Source of the DNA: Limisphaerales bacterium | Lineage (GTDB): Bacteria > Verrucomicrobiota > Verrucomicrobiia > Limisphaerales > JBGAJN01 | Reading direction: 5' to 3' | Length of the DNA stretch: 64,000 bases | Assembly (NCBI GenBank): GCA_044224905.1 | Contig: JBGAJN010000001.1 | Location: 129,110 to 193,109, forward strand | Shown: positions 60,342 to 64,000 of the stretch, one piece after another | How the letters are laid out: the number at the start of each line of letters is the position of its first letter | Numbering within the stretch: the first letter of the stretch is position 1 | Notes under the pieces: model-generated | What the model was told of the DNA's origin: nothing | The model's input: the letters and a program-made list of their open reading frames with translations, nothing else | Databases searched by the model: none | Program-made: the position numbers and the translations under genes

Positions 60342-60991
60342 TCTACGCGGCTGATCACTTGCTCGGCGGGGAACCGAACTTTGGCCATGCCGGCATACTT
60401 GTCATCCGCAGCGCGGTAACCGGCAGGGCAGGCGGCGACGGTTGCGTAGCCTTCTTTGTCGAGGCCGAGAATCTCGTCATAACGCGCGGGCTCGAGGCCT
60501 TCCATCGGGCAGGCGTCGATTCCCAGCAATGCGGCTCCAGCCATAAACTGGCCGAGCGCGATGTAAACCTGACGCGTCGCCCATGCGTTCGCGTCCAGTT
60601 CGGGATTCGCAAGAAAGCCGAGCAGCATGTTCTTGAAACCGTCGAGTGATTCCATCGGGACGTTGCGCACCTCCACTATGCGTTTCATGTAGCGCTCAAC
60701 ATCGGCCGCACCCAGCCCGCGCTTGACGGCGAACACAACGAGGTGCGAGGCGTCGGCGACCTGACGTTGGTTCCAGGAAACGGGCACCAACTTTTCGCGA
60801 ATGGCGGGATTGCTGACGACGATGAAGCGCCACGGTTGCAAACCGAAGGACGATGGCGCGAGCACCAGCGTCTCTTCCAAAGCCCGCCAAGTGGCCGCAG
60901 GAATCTTCTTGGCGGGATCGAACTTCTTCGTGGCGCAGCGCCAGCGGAGTTGGGTAAGGAGCGTTTCAGCGGGAATCGGATGCGTTGTCAT
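60338..60991 (-). CDS. NAD(P)H nitroreductase (NfsB-like)
   Basis: WRCATKKFD, APSSFGLQPW, GIDACPMEG, GYR, KVR. Confidence 0.92.
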   Translation of the reverse strand: MTTHPIPAETLLTQLRWRCATKKFDPAKKIPAATWRALEETLVLAPSSFGLQPWRFIVVSNPAIREKLVPVSWNQRQVADASHLVVFAVKRGLGAADVERYMKRIVEVRNVPMESLDGFKNMLLGFLANPELDANAWATRQVYIALGQFMAGAALLGIDACPMEGLEPARYDEILGLDKEGYATVAACPAGYRAADDKYAGMAKVRFPAEQVISRVE

Positions 60992-61037
60992 GGTCAGTTT
61001 CAGGTTCAAGTTTTGAATGTTTCAGTGGGGACAGTCT

Positions 61038-61385
61038 TCAGGCGGCAAACGAAATTGCAGATGGCTCGCGAAGTTGGCTTTGGCGGACGAACCACACGGT
61101 AGCTTCCGCGATTTTCTCGTCAGCCAGCGCAGGCAGAAACAGCCGCGGAAATGGCGTTAACGCGGCCAATGACCAAGCGTCGGCCATAGCGCGATCGAAT
61201 AGAGCACTGGGCAGTTTGCCGTTCAACTCGATCGCCAACTTTTCGGTGAAGTCTTTCCGAAACGCTTCAAGCGAGTCCCATTCGCGCGGCGGCAGGGCGC
61301 TGGGCGCAAGGCGGATGAAATTCAACGGCTGCGGAGCGATGTCTTCGCTCCAGAGCACCGGCAGATGTTTTCTGGAGTTTTTCAT
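61038..61385 (-). CDS. Hypothetical helical protein
   Basis: Co-oriented ORF filling the gap in the operon; A.A.A..LA..T.FP.LFLP.LA.EK...W..RQ pattern. Confidence 0.6.
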   Translation of the reverse strand: MKNSRKHLPVLWSEDIAPQPLNFIRLAPSALPPREWDSLEAFRKDFTEKLAIELNGKLPSALFDRAMADAWSLAALTPFPRLFLPALADEKIAEATVWFVRQSQLREPSAISFAA

Positions 61386-61397
61386 GGTGGTGATGAT

Positions 61398-61417
61398 GTG
61401 TAACTGACTAGTCAACT
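61398..61417. promoter_or_regulatory. Degenerate second TetR operator
   Basis: GTGTAACTGACTAGTCAACT matches the 62506 palindrome at 12/20 positions, including GTCAACT. Confidence 0.45.
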
Positions 61418-61426
61418 ATTGTGTGG

Positions 61427-62095
61427 TTAAAGTAACCAAACCGATTCCCCCAGCGGGGCAGTTGATTGCTCGGTTGCGACTACTTTAGCCGCGACGACTT
61501 CCGCCCGGGCGCCAATCACGCGCATGATAGCTGGCTCAATGTCGCGAAGAATCTCCACGTCGTTCAGAATTTTGGCCAAGAATAAGAAACCGAGCAGGCA
61601 CGCCGACAAATTGCGTGCGGCCACGGCGGCATCGCTGATATCGATCAGCCCTTCGCGTTGAGCGTCGATCAGGGCGGACTCGATATACTTGCAGTTGCGC
61701 AAAAAGATCTCCTGAGCTTTACCGCGAAGCTTCTCTTCTTGGGCGCAGATTTCCGAGCCCACCGATCCAAATGGACAACCCAGCACGTGCCCGCACTTGT
61801 TCGCCATCGCCTTTTGGTCTTCGTAAATGAACCGACAAAGCTGCGAGATCCGCTCCAGCGGCGGCACCTGCGGCGAGAAGATGCGGTCGTAGCCCGAACG
61901 CTTCTGTTGCCAGAATTCCTCGTACGCCTCCAACGCCAGATCGACCTTGGACGGGAAGAAATGGTAAAAACTTCCTTTGTTTACGCCCGCGCGCTCGCAG
62001 ATCTGATCCACACTGACGCCGTTGTAGCTGTTGTTCCAAATCAGCTCAAAGGCGATGGCGAGGAGCTTCTCTTTTGCGTCGCTAGTTCTTCCCAT
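61427..62095 (-). CDS. TetR/AcrR family regulator (NemR-like)
   Basis: HTH SVDQICERAGVNKGSFYHFFPSK; C-terminal GCPFGS; several Cys. Confidence 0.92.
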   Translation of the reverse strand: MGRTSDAKEKLLAIAFELIWNNSYNGVSVDQICERAGVNKGSFYHFFPSKVDLALEAYEEFWQQKRSGYDRIFSPQVPPLERISQLCRFIYEDQKAMANKCGHVLGCPFGSVGSEICAQEEKLRGKAQEIFLRNCKYIESALIDAQREGLIDISDAAVAARNLSACLLGFLFLAKILNDVEILRDIEPAIMRVIGARAEVVAAKVVATEQSTAPLGESVWLL

Positions 62096-62113
62096 ACGGT
62101 AGATTGGTTGAGG

Positions 62114-62467
62114 TTAGTTAAGGTGCGCTGCGAGCTTGGCCGCGAGCACCTTCTTCGAGGTGAGCCCGGTAATGCGTTCGACTACCACGCCGTTCTTGAA
62201 GACCAGCAAGGCTGGAATGCCGCTGATATTCAAGCGTGTGAGGGTTGCTGGATTCTCGTCTACGTTCATCTTGGCGACAATTGCGCGCCCAGCGAAATCG
62301 CCGGCGAGCTCTTCGATAACCGGCGCAATCATTCGGCACGGCCCGCACCAAGGCGCCCAAAAATCCACCAGCACAGGTTGAGAAGATTGCAGTACGGCGG
62401 TGGCAAAGGAGCCGTCGGTCACGGCAACGCTGGCCTGAGGAGAGTTGGTTTCAACGTTCGTATTCAT
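62114..62467 (-). CDS. trxA: Thioredoxin
   Basis: VDFWAPWCGPC, GIPAL, FKNG. Confidence 0.93.
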   Translation of the reverse strand: MNTNVETNSPQASVAVTDGSFATAVLQSSQPVLVDFWAPWCGPCRMIAPVIEELAGDFAGRAIVAKMNVDENPATLTRLNISGIPALLVFKNGVVVERITGLTSKKVLAAKLAAHLN

Positions 62468-62505
62468 ATGCTCAGTCTTTCTTTTCGTTGGGCGAATGTG
62501 CCGCC

Positions 62506-62525
62506 AGTTGACCGATCGGTCAACT
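62506..62525. promoter_or_regulatory. Perfect 20-bp palindrome, probable TetR (NemR-like) operator
   Basis: AGTTGACCGATCGGTCAACT, about 40 bp upstream of the trxA ATG; the GACC-N4-GGTC core resembles the NemR box. Confidence 0.7.
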
Positions 62526-62700
62526 AATATTTTTCCAGAGCCGAAAGCGCTCGCGGAACGAGTCATTCACCGATGGCGGAGAGCGGGAGTTCGAGGAGCT
62601 TGCCGATTCGCGAAACCGTGCCACCGGACGTAAGCGACAAGGCGATTTTTCGCGTGCAATCCCATTGAGCAAGGCGTAAAAACCAACCCACAGAACAACT

Positions 62701-63114
62701 ATGAACACCAAATTCATCCTCACTCTCGGCCTCTCCGCTGCATTCGCCACGGCAGCGTTCGCGGGACTCGATCTCGGCGACGCCTCCAAACTCCCGCCCG
62801 CTTCCAAGCAAGCTGGTGTGACTTACGCCAAGGACATTAAGCCAATCTTCGAAAAATCCTGCGTCAAGTGCCACAGCGGCGAGAAGCCCAAAGGCAAATA
62901 CAGCATGGAATCCCTCGCCTCCATCCTCAAAGGCGGCAAAGAAGGCGTCAGCGTGGTCGCCGGCAACAGCGCCAAGAGCGCGCTCGTTCACTGGTCCGCC
63001 GACCTCGTGGCTGACTCCGAAATGCCCCCGAAGGACAAGCGCGACAAGTATCCTGCGCTCACGAAGGACCAAGTCGGCCTAGTCCGTGCGTGGATTGATC
63101 AAGGCGCGAAGTAA
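62701..63114 (+). CDS. Planctomycete-type cytochrome c domain protein (exported)
   Basis: Signal peptide, DIKPIF..SCVKCH, MPP, WIDQGA. Confidence 0.88.
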   Translation: MNTKFILTLGLSAAFATAAFAGLDLGDASKLPPASKQAGVTYAKDIKPIFEKSCVKCHSGEKPKGKYSMESLASILKGGKEGVSVVAGNSAKSALVHWSADLVADSEMPPKDKRDKYPALTKDQVGLVRAWIDQGAK

Positions 63115-63132
63115 TTCGCCGTAGTTTTCGCG

Positions 63133-63162
63133 AAACGCCTCCGGGAAACCGGAGGCGTTTTT
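63133..63162 (+). terminator. Intrinsic terminator
   Basis: AAACGCCTCCGG-GAAA-CCGGAGGCGTTT-TT. Confidence 0.85.
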
Positions 63163-63221
63163 ATTTTACCGACGTGGATTCGTTCCTTCCGCAAAACGCA
63201 CCGTCATGCTTTAGTTAGCGC

Positions 63222-64000
63222 GTGCGCATCGGTTCGTTAACGCTCGGTTCCAATCTGTTTCTCTCGCCGCTGGCGGGTTACACCAACCTGCCTTTCCGGC
63301 TGACGTTGCGCGAGCTGGGCGGACTTGATCTCGCGACCACCGACCTCGTCAACGCGCGCTCGTTGATCGAGAAGAATCCCAAGGCTTTCAAGTTGATCGA
63401 AACCAACGCCGCGGATCGACCGCTGGCGGTGCAGTTGTTCGGCTCGGTGCCGGAAGAAATGCGCGACGCGGCGGCGTATCTCGAATCGATTGGCATCGCC
63501 TCGATCGACATCAACATGGGCTGCCCCGTGCGCAAGGTGTGCAAGGTCGGCGGCGGCTCCGCAATGATGACCGAACTCGATAAGACCGCCGCGCTGGTGA
63601 AAGGCATGGTGGACGCGGTTAAAATCCCGGTGACCGCGAAAATGCGCCTCGGCTGGGACGATGCGAACCTCACCGCGCCCGACCTCGCCCGCGCGTTGGA
63701 GGACGTCGGCATCAGCGCGATCTTCGTGCACGGTCGGACGCGTGAACAGGGCTTCGGCGGCACCGTAAAACTCGCGGGCATCCGCGCGGTGGTATCGGCG
63801 GTGAAAAGCATTCCGGTCATTGGCAACGGAGACGTCACCACGCCGCAAGCGGCGAAGAAGATGTTCGATGAAACGGGCTGCGCCGGCGTGAGCATCGGCC
63901 GCGGCGCGTTCTATAATCCTTGGATCTTTCTGCACGCACGGCACTACGTCCAAACGGGTGAGTTGTTACCCGATCCAGCGTTTGAAGAGCGCATTCGCGT
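63222..64000 (+). CDS. dusB: tRNA-dihydrouridine synthase (runs off window end)
   Basis: Not in the ORF track. Manual translation from GTG 63222: VRIGSLTLGSNLFLSPLAGYTNLPFR...VQLFG...DINMGCP...KMRLGWD...VHGRT...IGNGD...IGRG. Confidence 0.92.
   Translation, partial: MRIGSLTLGSNLFLSPLAGYTNLPFRLTLRELGGLDLATTDLVNARSLIEKNPKAFKLIETNAADRPLAVQLFGSVPEEMRDAAAYLESIGIASIDINMGCPVRKVCKVGGGSAMMTELDKTAALVKGMVDAVKIPVTAKMRLGWDDANLTAPDLARALEDVGISAIFVHGRTREQGFGGTVKLAGIRAVVSAVKSIPVIGNGDVTTPQAAKKMFDETGCAGVSIGRGAFYNPWIFLHARHYVQTGELLPDPAFEERIR

Overview
A GC-rich bacterial chromosome segment, most likely from Verrucomicrobiota (Pedosphaerales/Limisphaerales-like). The inference rests on PVC-type CxxCH proteins, a planctomycete-type cytochrome c, DUF1080, DUF5069 and mostly SD-less A/C-rich translation starts. 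Core genes are purD, purM, purF, ppsA, dnaA (DnaA boxes upstream, no dnaN), glnB, two tandem cmk, aroA, tyrA, add, trxA and a partial dusB. There is also a carbohydrate/sulfatase cluster and a TetR-Trx-nitroreductase-RND operon. I found no rRNA, tRNA, CRISPR, transposase or phage genes. Main unusual signals: (1) a NarL-type receiver domain fused to a polyprenol-phosphate GT2, lying between a CHASE3 kinase/NarL pair and two TMTC-like GT-C proteins, a candidate phosphorylation-controlled glycosylation system; (2) a 1543-aa RND permease fused to its outer-membrane factor through a signal-peptide-like linker; (3) a four-helix-bundle gene bracketed by 29-bp inverted repeats that touch the purF stop and purM start; (4) a candidate sRNA with promoter and terminator, divergent from glnB; (5) a soluble protein with two Sm/MscS-beta-like repeats; (6) a cmk paralog lacking substrate-binding residues. 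All calls come from reading motifs by eye; no database search was run.
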